Below are positions 52,742 to 64,000 of a stretch of DNA of 64,000 nucleotides, piece after piece. The notes under the pieces are model-generated. The model had not been told where the DNA came from, did no database searches, and saw only the letters and a list, made by a program, of their open reading frames with translations. The stretch comes from Lingula anatina (Eukaryota; Animalia; Brachiopoda), in NCBI GenBank assembly GCA_051362555.1, contig CM120644.1, positions 2,488,954 to 2,552,953 of the forward strand, given 5' to 3'. The first letter of the stretch is position 1. Each line of letters starts with the position of its first letter. The position numbers and the translations under genes are program-made.

Positions 52742-53005
52742 CTAAGACTGGGTTCCCATACCTAGATTGATATAACTGGATGGACCCATCTCCAAGGGGT
52801 TTCTCGCCAAATTGCTTTTAGCGTAAACGGCTACTTTGTCTGGCATGGCTACTAAAGCCCCTAAATGATATTTAATTGCCCTCTAAGAGCTTCAGTGGGT
52901 GTGCGGGACATCTAAGCTGCTGAAGTTGATAGCAATTTAGTGCGAACCCCCTTGTAGATAGATCGATCGAAAGTTAGTTCCATAATCTATGGGAATGGTC
53001 TCTTA
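52742..53005. mobile_element. Palindromic ~250-bp MITE family, copy C, in the 3' UTR of the BAMBI-like gene
   Basis: CTAAGACTGGGTTCCCATACCTAGAT ... GATAGATCGATC..ATCTATGGGAATGGTCTCTTA, similar to copy A. Begins about 90 bp after the stop codon. Confidence 0.75.
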
Positions 53006-56000
53006 ATTCCCTCACTTGTCTGCCTGGAGCAGTGCATTGTGGGAAATTATTATCCACCATATTGAAAAATCATAAACAAAAGGCAAAAACCTCTTTCTGT
53101 CACTTTAGACACATAAGTTATCATAAGGAAAATTGAGAGATAAAAGAAATGGCTAAATCATTTGAATGGAAAACATCATGTGATATTATACTTGATTGTT
53201 TGAAAGCAAAAAAAAGTCCTAAATCTTAAATCCCAATCTCGGAGGATAAATTTACTTCAGATGTGTGTTATGTTAAAAGTAACTATTTCATGGAATCCCC
53301 CTATATAAGAGTATTCAAAAATGATCAGTTAAACTGAACTCTTTGGGGAAAAAGAACATGAAGAAATCTTTGATTGAATGTGTTAGTTGTGACTGAATGG
53401 GGAAGATTGTGTCATATAGGGTTGAAGAAATCCACAGTTGATTTGCAAGTTTCAGAACAAAAAAAAAGTCTCAAGTTCATCTCTCTTAAACTTTGTAAGT
53501 TTTTGTCTATATGTTTGGTAAGATATTGGTGCATTGTAAATAGTGAACCATTGTAATTGTAACACTGTATCGATCACTTGTAAATAATCAAATGGTGCTA
53601 CCCAGAGTCCCAGTTGGCAATGGACTGATATTGGTAACTGATGACACATGTTACTGTTACTTTATAACTATATCTGGTGCTGTATAGGATGTTAACTAGT
53701 TGTTGTTATAGTAATCCTGGTGCTTAGTGTAGGTTACTCCCTGCAACATGTCATGGGCAGATGTATGTTTGTGGGAAGAGTTCAGTCTAAAGTTGGGAGG
53801 AAAGGACAGGATGGTTATTATTATTGTCTTCAATTTTTTATTTATTTTTTTTAATTATTATTTATTTTTATTTATTTGCTTATTTATTTGTTTGTTTGTT
53901 TACTGGAGGTCCAAGATCATTTTGATTTCTAGTATGGTTTCTTTTACCATCCAGGAAAAGAGAAGGCATCTGAAGGCATGACAATTTTTTTATTTGCAAT
54001 CCATTTAAAATACTGGTAATTAAGATCATCTTGTGTGATTGAAATAAACCTTAGTTTTCTTCACCAGTACACCTCTAACCTAACAAACACCTAATCAGCT
54101 ATATCGTTCTTACGCCAAAGTGCCACTGAAATCCAATTCCTCAACGTATAGTTACTTATTTGCCAAGTGAAGTTAGTTGTGTTCTGTCGTGTAAAAATAA
54201 ATACAATGCATTTAAACTAGATTAATACTATGAAAAAGTACATCAGTTGACATTATTATCTTTTTACGAATGTTTTAGTGATTTTAACCACCCACTTCAG
54301 AAACAAATGATTAGTGAAACGGCTACATTTTTATCTTGTCACAAGGGCGTCATCAGGCATACCGAGTCTACTTTTGTGTATTCTTATAAAATATTATAAT
54401 GTACATAAAGTATCAGTTATATTGCTCAAATGTTGACATGGAGATTGTCATTGTAAAAACGGTTTACTGTATTATGGTATGTAATGTAATTGTGTATCAA
54501 TTAATGGTTTATAATAAAATGTAATTGTGATGTAAGTGTGGAGTTTAGTATGGTAATTTTTAAGCCCTCTTTTTTTCCCGTGGAAAGAAAACGAGGCGAG
54601 GGTTAGGAGAGCAGTGGAAAGAAGCCGGTTCGTATTTCAGTGCTTGATTTGCAGTCCACGCTCCTTTTTAATAAATTCTCCCCGAAACCAAAGTAACTAA
54701 GGTTAGGCATGCATTGTTTTAGGTCATATACGTCGGGCAGGTCCACGTTTTCTGTCTATTAAACTGGAAGGACCCTTCAAAGTGTAGATTTGTCTCGGCC
54801 AGATGAGTTTTAAACAAGTTAAATGTGCCCGGAATGTGATTTCATTTTCCATTCCTTCATCCGTTTTAATTAATTATCCAACCAACGAATATTTGAGCGT
54901 AAAACTAATATCGGTTCCTTCTACTCGCTCGATATTACAAATCTGTTTTCTTGAAAATGAAAACATTCGTAGAAACTGTTTCGTCTGCCATGTTTTTTTA
55001 TGTCGTCAAACTAGCACATAAACATACAAAAGAATGAACGTATTAAAACAGCACATTTGCTAACAGATCAGACTAAACGGAAAATATCATATTACCTACC
55101 TCACAAAAAGAAAAAAAACGGTTTATAATTATAAATAACTAATATAAATGAAGTTGCCACACAAACGCAAAGGACTGTAGGCCTACCATTCACATTAATA
55201 CACATAGAACAGAAATTGCCATTAGAATACTAAACAACACAAACTTTATAGGACTAGACCACATAATTTAATTTAAATATTTTGTAGTGGAAATATTTGC
55301 ATAACTATCCAGCTACGTCAGTTTTCTTCTTTATATATTTTTGCCAAGTGAAACAGAGACTATCTTGCTTTGTTTTTTCAAAATATGTTAGTTTTAAAGT
55401 AGCCTTATAAATATGCTCTAAAATAGTTCTGGTCGATTCAAAGACCTTTCTTTCAATTAATTAGTTGCTTAAATAAAAAAAATTAACTCATGTTAGCATT
55501 ATGTATTTTATTTACTTATGATAGATAGAAAGATAGATAGATTGTGGTCATTGTGTTAGGTGGGTCCATAGCACAATTTGCTTCCCACTCCTCCCTCAAC
55601 ACGGGGCTTACTGAAGAATGCGCAGCTTTACCATTGCCTTACAAAATGTCACATTCCAAACGCAATCCTCCATGTGTCATCAAAATCCAAGCCTCCACAC
55701 AACACAAAAAGAAACTATACAGACTTCAAATGCCTGCTTTTTCTTTGTCTCACTGACAACTTGTGGACTGAAAACGGAACTCCTTAGTCGTCTGCAGGAC
55801 AAGAGAGTGCAGATTGGATGTCGGCCTAAAAGTCTCTTAACTTTTTTATCTCTGCTATCATAGGTAAGTGGACCCAAGCTTTATACAGGTAACCGGTCCA
55901 CACGTAAAGAAAAGGGGGGGGCAGTCGGAGTGTGTGGTGGATACTGACACATTTATCTGTGTAATGTTAGCATGTCGTGAGAACAAACTGGGTAGCCTAG

Positions 56001-56069
56001 CCGTAAAGAGGGGCTTTTAGTCAGTACCATTAAATCTTGACTTGGCGTTCGTCCTATTAACAGTTAATA

Positions 56070-56103
<34 letters not shown>

Positions 56104-57940
56104 CAGAGTAAATTGACTTCTGCCTAAGATGCCAAGGTGTGTTTTATGTGACCAAAGAAGTATCAAGGCCGAGCCTATCTCTGGCATGTTTTTTGTTTTT
56201 TTTTCCTTCTTTTGGTTAAGTGTCTTCCTAATTTCGGCTTTTCTGGAGGTAAATTGAAACGCAGTGTTATACAGACAAAACTGCGAACAGTTGTTAACAA
56301 ATACAAACACACACACACACATACAGAGAGAGAGAGAGAGAAATAGGGGGAGGACATAGCCCACAAATAGGAAAAGCGCTAGCCGGTATAACAAATAAAG
56401 TAGCACTCGACAAAAAATTGAAATCTTTTTTAAGCACAGTGGGAAAAACAGAAAAACAATTAATTCTTTTATTTTCGCTTTTTCCACTTGCGTGACGAGG
56501 CAGGAGTTGAAACCGCGCCAGTGGACCGTGAGACACAAGAACGGCATTAATTTTATTAATGTTACTTTCACTTAAAAGGAACAGAAATAGCGGCGTCTTC
56601 AGTGGACCGCGAAATGAGTCAGAAACTTTTATTCTGAAACTGGTAATCTGGCGCGATTGCTTTGTCTACTTTTCATCTAAAAGAAAGGTTCCAACACTTA
56701 TTGAAATTCTGATTCAAATGTGGAATTTCTTCCAAATTTTCCACTTTCTATGCCTCCATCTCTTCTCATCTCATCTCATCTCATTTCTCCCTGCATTTAC
56801 TCTATCAAAGAACCTCGGCGACCAGATCCTTGTTGTTTACCTGTGTTTACCAAAGAACGCGCCGCTTTGGGGCTGTTTTCCTGTTATTTGCAGCGTCTAC
56901 GCAGCATGGCGACGTTTTTACGACTTCGATACCGTTCGTCTGCCTGATAAAACACGTCTATTTGTGACTAATCTAAAGAGCGTTGTTGTATCTATAGTCT
57001 CTAGTGTTTTATAGTTATATGGACATGTTTACGTTCCTGGAGGACCCTGGCTGCACGTTCTGTGACGGATTAGAAGATCGATACTGAAGTGCGCCGCTCT
57101 GAGGGGAAGTACATGTAAATCCAGGTGTGTTAGGAGAGAGAGAGAGAGAGAGATATCGGTTGTCCCCTTCTACGCTTGTTCACATAGGCCTAAAATTTCA
57201 ATTTGCAAGACATCAAGGGTTGTTCAGTAGGCCTACATTGTGACAAATCATGTTTGGAGCCACTGAAAGAGGCTTAGCGAGAGGGACAAAGAGACTCACC
57301 CAATTCCAGAAGAAAAATTGATGCATCAGTTTTTTCTTTGTCTGTTTCTCCCCCCCCCCCCCCCTCTTTTTTTTTTTTTTTTTTTTTTTTTTCCACATCA
57401 ACAGATCCATTATTTGAAACGTACCGACATTACGCTTATTTCAAAACTAATACGTGTGTAGGCCTACACCACAAAGTGAATTTTCAAATATATTGCGCGG
57501 ATAGCAATATTTCTAGAAAGCATCAGAACACATCTTTAAACATTATGCTGTCACTTTTCTTTTATATCACGACTTAACTTGGGACATTCAACATTATATA
57601 CGCTCGTACGTCTCAAGAGACTTCTTTTTAATCTCCAGATTTCAATAATAAGCTCCCGGCCACACGTGACAAAAACCACCCGATTCTGTACAAACAGTGA
57701 CTTAAATGAACTTTAACGCGGAGGAATAATTGAAACAATAAATCAAACAACATATGCCTGGTTTCAAGTTTAAATTAAACAGTAAGATCTGTTTTTATTG
57801 GCAATAATAAATAGATCATATCTTTACTCATAAATACACAAAACGAGGACACGGTACTCGTTTTTTAACAACATACAACGTCTTTTGAAACAGGTTTCAT
57901 ACAGAATTATTTACACCAATGTACAAGTTCATATTTACAG

Positions 57941-60900
57941 CTATACAACAGTTAAATTCTCTGTGCTCTGGGGCTGCGCGCCCCATATCACGATAGAGCT
58001 TCGAGCGTCAGAGTCGCTTCCACTCCCGCTCCCTTTTAATTTCTCATAATCTGTCTTTTCGGGATCAATTTTTATATGAACATCTTTGTATATTTTGTTT
58101 TGCTTTCCTAACATGGCGTTGTTGAAATGAGCATTTTTATTCCCATGGTCGTAGAAGTGATCTGCGACGTAGAGTTGAGCTTTTGTCAAAGTTTTGTGAT
58201 GATGACGCAACTTCCGGTGACGTAATCGGCTCGCGTCGTGTTTGAGCATGCGCACTGCAAGAAGTACGAGCATTATAAGAATAAATCCGCCAGCTATTGG
58301 CACGGCTATAACCGCGGCTTTAAACCAGAGTTCTCTCTCTATGGAAGGGTGGTTGGACTTTTCGTGAGCTTTCTCCTCCGAAGGAAAAAGTAACGAACTG
58401 CCGTCTCTTTGGTCTTGCTTTGCTTCTGAAAAAATAGATGATAAAAATCTTGAGTGTTGCTGGCTTAAGAATAAAAAATTTAAAATATTTGAAAAGATTT
58501 TTGTATCAATCTTTATCAACCAGCAAATATTCACTAGGCCTATATTTTTCTCCGTGGTCTTAAACTCAGAAAAAAATCTGAACACATCTAATTCGCATTT
58601 GCTCAAGACCATTAACTAGTTCTGTCACAAGAGAAAATTGCCGTCTTTTCAGCAAACCATTACCGTTATTCAGTATAACTTAGCGTGTCTTTTGCGGCCG
58701 TTAAAAAGTACTTAGAGAAATCTACGATTTGCAGAAATGCTGATAATTCGCTTAATTTGCATTCAGTCCCGAAAGGAAGTAAATTGAATTACATCGACGT
58801 CGCATAAATCTAGGCAAGACAAAAGAATGCCATTATCAAATTAGGGAGTTTGAACAAGAATCGTTCCCATTTGATGTCTCTTTGAAATGGAATTGAAATT
58901 TATGTAAATGGAAAATGGGCGTTTGTCAGACCGCGTGGCCGGGGCAGCATTTCCGCTTTAACGTATATCCGTGGATCGTCGACACTAGGGTGTCATTCAC
59001 CTACAGAACGCAGGCTCTCGTCCCTCTGCGTTTAACAGACGGTCACAATCTTGATAGCCCAGACAGACTGACATATTGAATGAACTACCAGTCAACCAGG
59101 ACGTCCGAGGGGACATTTTAACCACATAAGCACACGCTAGCCATGTATTACCGTAGGTGTATAGGTTAAAACTCCCCTATAGATCAGATATAGGCCTATA
59201 GATGTCATCCAGTTTCTACACAGCGCTTGCAACGTGATACTAAGGGTGATTAAGGGACCAGTTTACTTTAAACAAAAACCCCAGTAGGTTCGTCGAATGC
59301 GTTTCATGCCCGTTCTTTCAATGACGATGGTTAACAATTGTTTTTGTTGCGAAGTGTGTGTCATATTTCGTTTATATATATTAGTTTTATATCTTCACCG
59401 ATTTCATTTTATTTTTATTGGTCCCAACCCACATCATTACGGGCTATTAATATCAATGAAATGTTGACAAGTGTGAGCTATGGGTAATGATTTCCCTAGA
59501 AATGAAAACGGACAAAAAATTAATTGACTTGGAATGATTCACGGTATTCTAGACCAAGCAAGTTTCTAGGTAGGCCTACGCTCCAATCATAAAGGTTTTT
59601 TTACCACAAATAGTTTTTAAGTATCAGTTTCAACTTTGTACAAAGTATTATCTGAACATTTCATCTGAAACACCGTGCAAACGCAGTCGATCAAAAAGGT
59701 TCTGATCTTCAAAATTCAACTTTGCTCCGATGGAACTAAAGTAATTAATCATCGCAATATTTGAAGGTGAAAATTAAAAGATGTTGACAGTGAAAAAAAA
59801 AGATGACATAGGACTACAATCTCATTTTGTTACGACGATTTGAGCACAACGCCGATCCGAGACCGTGACACCGGGGTGTCATTTTGTTGTTTGCGTTTTG
59901 GACACCAAAATGGTTCAGATCCGTGCAAACCTTGTCTGATCGCGTCTGCTGAAATCTTTTCGAAAGTCTCCTCTAAAATTGACTTGTTTGCCTTGTTTGA
60001 ACCCTGCGCCGACAAACACAGACGTAATCAATTGTTTGTCATGCTTGAAACAGAACACAACAGGCTTACTCCTAAACCGTACAGATTTGGCAATAGTAAA
60101 CAGATAGAGTTCCATACCAGGACAATTTTTAGCAAGGCACTTGCAGGGGAAAACGACAGGAATGGCAATGGCGACCACATCAGCGGTTCTCTCGCAGACG
60201 ATGAAAAAATAGTCCCCAGTCAAGTGGTCGCCATTAAGTGCAGTTGCAGCTAACAACGCTCTCAGCCATGCGTTTTATTCCCAAGCATAAAAATCCAGCA
60301 GATGCACTTTAACTTTTACGGTTTAAATACAACATGAAACGATTTTAAATCACCATAGTCGTCCTGCGTGGGTCGAAAATAGTGATTATTAAATGAAATG
60401 GCGGCGGTTGCGAACTTTAGTTCAGTATGTTGTCAGTGTTGATGAATGGCGACTGCCACTGATAATGTTGAACGATTGCGTTAATAAAAAAAAATTCAAC
60501 ACGGTTTTCATGGACGGTTTACCATAAAATTACCCCCACTTCGTCTCTTCTAAAACGACTTTACGACGAATCAATTCTTCCGCCCTACAGACCATCTCAT
60601 TTAACTTTCCTATTATCTATCTAGTCCAAAAACGATTTTGAAAATTACACCGAACTTCGTGAAAGCTTGAAAGATGGGGTCGCAGTATCGGAGATAAGTG
60701 TTACTTCCACACGCTAGCTGCGGTGGCTTTATAAGGAGATACCGTCTGACATAGCAGGGTATATTCTGGTTCTTAATTATTCGCCGGGGAGAGCGTCTCT
60801 ACTAGGTTTGTTTTGTGATACTTGTTAAAATGAGTTTCCCTGGTAAAGGCACTGAAGGCAGTTTATTTCTTTCATTGAAAATATCTTTAGTTTTCTAATT

Positions 60901-62384
60901 CAGGTCTTGTTGGAAAATAAATAAATACTGTTTTGTTTCATTTTCTTTCTCTTTTTTCAAATATAAAGTTTGTTTAATCAGGTTGTATGGTTTTAAGAGA
61001 TCTTAAGATAGGGCCTACATGGTTGTTTCTGTAGCTTTTTTAATTGGGCTAATTTCTAGAAATAAAATATCGCACGTAGCAATGCATGTTTGTCTACTTA
61101 TAGTTCGCTTTTACTCATGCGGTTGATCTCACTAGGTTAGATGTGGTCTAGAATTCCGCCGGGATAAAAAACAACAAATGACGCAACATGGTACAATTTT
61201 CAACCCCACTGCTTGGAAAGTATCGCAACGTCTGTTTTCATTTGAAACACGGTACCAGACACGTCCGCTCAATCAGGTTTCATCTGTATCTGAGCAGACG
61301 ATCGGCGCATCATGGCGGCTCAACCTGGTGTCGTCTGCCACTTGACAACGATATGGTAGAAAATCGCTCGTGCTGTTGTTAATTAACAGTTAAACCAGAC
61401 TAGATAAGATGGGAGACTTTTTTTGAAGGGCGATTGTCGGCAACATCAGAAGACACGACCGTTGAAAGGCGAACAAAGTTACAAGGAAAATGAATACGCA
61501 CCTTGTGCCATAGGCGGGGCTTAAGGTTAGGATCAGTGGAGGAAATAATATGCCGTCGTCTAGATGCAGCCATCTCGGCAGATCTCTTACAATATATTTT
61601 TTTTTTTACTCATTGATCTTTTTTTTCCTTAAAGAGTACGTAGAACAAAAACACTACAGTCACGAGATAAGGTGATGTTCACAATTATCACAAAAATTAC
61701 GATGAGAAACCTTTGCCGCCAATGGGCCGGACGGGCTTAGTAACATAATTTCACATCCACTTGGGGGCGAATTCTGAAAGGCTCATTAAAAAGTCTGAAC
61801 TAAATATTCAAGACAGGAACAAAATAAAGGCTTTCCATGGGAGTAATTTTTTCGACAGAAGTAAGACAGACGCAGTTGTAGGAAATCCACCCCCCTTTAA
61901 ATAAGCACGTCCGTGGTAAATAATTCAGCAAAAATAATAAGGTGTCCACAAGCGTGCAGATCAAGCCGTAAAACATTTAGAGGTAATTTCTATCATGGAG
62001 GGGAGACAGCGCCGCAAATTGCTGATTGTCTAGCAGAAAATCGATCTAATTAGTTACAGTTCGTTCCAATTTATCGGAAAGAGAATACTAAAGGTCACCG
62101 CCGAGCTCGACTTGGAAGTATGCGGGGCAGATTTATTGGAGCACTGGATAAAATCTCGAGTGAATTCTGCAGAGATGTCAAATTGCATACTCAGTTCTAA
62201 ATTGATGCTTAACAGTCCCATTTTGAACACTCTTCCACAATCTCGCCTTCTTTTATGTCTGCAACCGTTCTGGAACTCCAGTGTGCAAAAGTAGGCCTAG
62301 ATGGTTGCGACCAATAATCGCATTTACTCTTCAACAATCTTTTTTAACAGAGAGGCTTGCTGCAAGTCTGTGTTATCAATAAAC

Positions 62385-62425
<41 letters not shown>

Positions 62426-63436
62426 GGCGGGCCATTAATGCAAGCAAGGAATCACCAAGGGAACTGTCGTCAAGGTTCAAACATTGTGCACTGATTTGTT
62501 TCTCAATTATCTTCATCAATTTGTCGGCGTCAGCTTACCTAATTGTGTTTTTATACATTAATGAACGTTATACGTAATCAAATAGCTGCAGAATTTACCA
62601 GACGCCGTGTTTCGTGACGACGTTGCTGTTGCGTGAGAACAATAGTGCAATTAACGAGTCTGAAAATGCTGTTGTATAATTAAGACTCCGCTAAGTGCAG
62701 TTTTGCCGTGTGTTGTTCAAGGAGTGCGCAGAGATAGCAATAGATATACTTTGTATCAAGAACAAAGCGGTATTCTTGACTTCAAAGGCAAAATTATGCA
62801 CTTAAAATAGGTGCAAGCGCCTACGTGTACGTGCGTGGCCTACTTTCGTTGAAGACGAACTTGCGTTACCGATGGTGGCAACTATAAATTAGAGCCCATA
62901 TCTCCTAGAAAAGGTTAAATGTGTCTAGAAACGACGCTTATTCCACATAAGAAATAATAGATTAACCTTTTTATTTTAGTGCAAGTCATATTTTTTCTAG
63001 GTGGAATCCAAACTTCATCTTCCTTGTTATTTACTTCGTAGAACCCTCGGCTTAGATGCTGAATTAATTATTTTTTTCTACAAAACATTTTTTCAATTTC
63101 TTGGCACAATCTTACCTTGCTTGTAAGTTGTCTCGTTAGTTCTCGTACTGACGAGAATGCTGATGTCCAAACTGTCCATGTAGTTGCACATATCCTCTTT
63201 ACAGCACATGATAATTGGCATATCTGGGTTTTGGGTGGCTGGGTTTTGCGCCCTTGCAACGTCCCTTGGCCGATCACAGACGGCGCTTGCTGACTGCGAC
63301 AAACTCTCCATGCATCCGTGAACGGAGCGCGAGAGCGTCGTGTCAAACATCAGCTGCGTGAAGCACTGCCCCCTGGACTTGCACATGTAGCCCGTAGCTA
63401 TACAATGGGGTTCATTGCAGTAGCACCGCACTTCAC
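57941..63436 (-). CDS. BAMBI: BMP and activin membrane-bound inhibitor (5'-partial; signal-peptide exon beyond window)
   Basis: Exon 63436-63116: GEVRCYCNEPHCIATGYMCKS...HGC...CCKEDMCNY. Exon 58425-57941: RELWFKAAVIAVPIAGGFILIMLVLLAVRML, ending ENLTVV-TAG. Both closely match vertebrate BAMBI (GEIRCYCD..HCVATGYMCKS, CCHEDMCNY, KELWFRAAVIAVPIAGG). Phase-1 GT-AG junctions. Confidence 0.97.
62385..62425. repeat. (ATT)n microsatellite in the BAMBI intron
   Basis: Directly visible trinucleotide run. Confidence 0.95.
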
Positions 63437-64000
63437 CTAAAATATCAAAGAATAACAACATTTATAACGCAATCTAATGAATCACGTCAAAATTAAAATA
63501 CATTGTGTTTGATACTACATGAAATTTAGGAATCGCATAATTTAAGACAAGCGTTTTCTGAAATGTTTTGAAAGATGCATCCTAAGATTTATTGCCACGC
63601 CACATTAAATGACAGCCGGGGAATTTTTTCAGACAAAGATAGAACCAGCTTCATCGATGTTGGAACCAATACAAAAAATGTCATAAATGCATTAGCAAAT
63701 GCGTGTAAGCATGTAAAATTGATGACCCCTGTATGTTCGTCAGTCACGCATTGTTTTGAGCAACATTCATCCATTAAGACAGTAGCGTGGCCTAATCACT
63801 GTTTCGAAATACAATAATGCCCAATGACACGTGCCAGGCATTGCAACACGCGATTCATTAGGGTCTGGTCGGCGCGTATTACCCGTGACTGCAGTCAACC
63901 CCATTACAGTTTTTGTGTCGTACTGTAATAAGCAAATTTCATTAGTTTAATGAATATTGGCGTGAACTAAGAAACAAAGTTCGTGTGCGACTTATTTGTC

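Noticed and set aside
56017-57014. 184-aa and 151-aa ORFs between the two decoy genes
   Set aside because: Low complexity, run through poly-T and microsatellites, no recognisable domain. Probably BAMBI 3' UTR or intergenic.
58426-58612. N-terminal extension of the 223-aa BAMBI ORF
   Set aside because: Intronic read-through. The acceptor is at 58427-58426.
59830-60256. Overlapping 113-137 aa ORFs in the BAMBI intron
   Set aside because: No recognisable motif or convincing splice structure.
58426-63115. Canonical BMP-response element (GRCGNC-N5-GTCT) in the BAMBI intron
   Set aside because: Several AGAC/GTCT and GC-rich motifs exist (e.g. near 61295 and 62004), but I found none with exact spacing by eye.

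Overview
AT-rich, intron-containing animal DNA with GT-AG introns, microsatellites and many MITEs. It is not prokaryotic; the repeat landscape suggests a marine invertebrate such as a mollusc, which is an inference. Manual splicing gives five protein-coding genes. (1) Three tandem + strand METTL27/WBSCR27-like class I SAM methyltransferase paralogues (4155-6570, 9881-12143, 13290-21480), each with 5 coding exons and an open frame. (2) A + strand 3-exon gene (25755-52653) for a 223-aa kinase-less TGF-beta type-I-receptor-like protein: signal peptide, 10-Cys three-finger ectodomain, TM helix, short tail. (3) A canonical BAMBI on the - strand (57941-63436, first exon outside the window), facing gene 2 tail-to-tail. 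Mobile DNA comprises a dead Tc1 (DD34E) element, a 5.65-kb Academ-type transposon inside a methyltransferase intron, two Helentron-type non-autonomous elements (one carrying an 11 x 146-bp satellite with a 4-mer higher-order repeat) and several MITEs/foldbacks. The best candidate for something undescribed is the convergent pair of BAMBI and a highly divergent BAMBI-like decoy receptor, which share exon architecture but have opposite CpG signatures.
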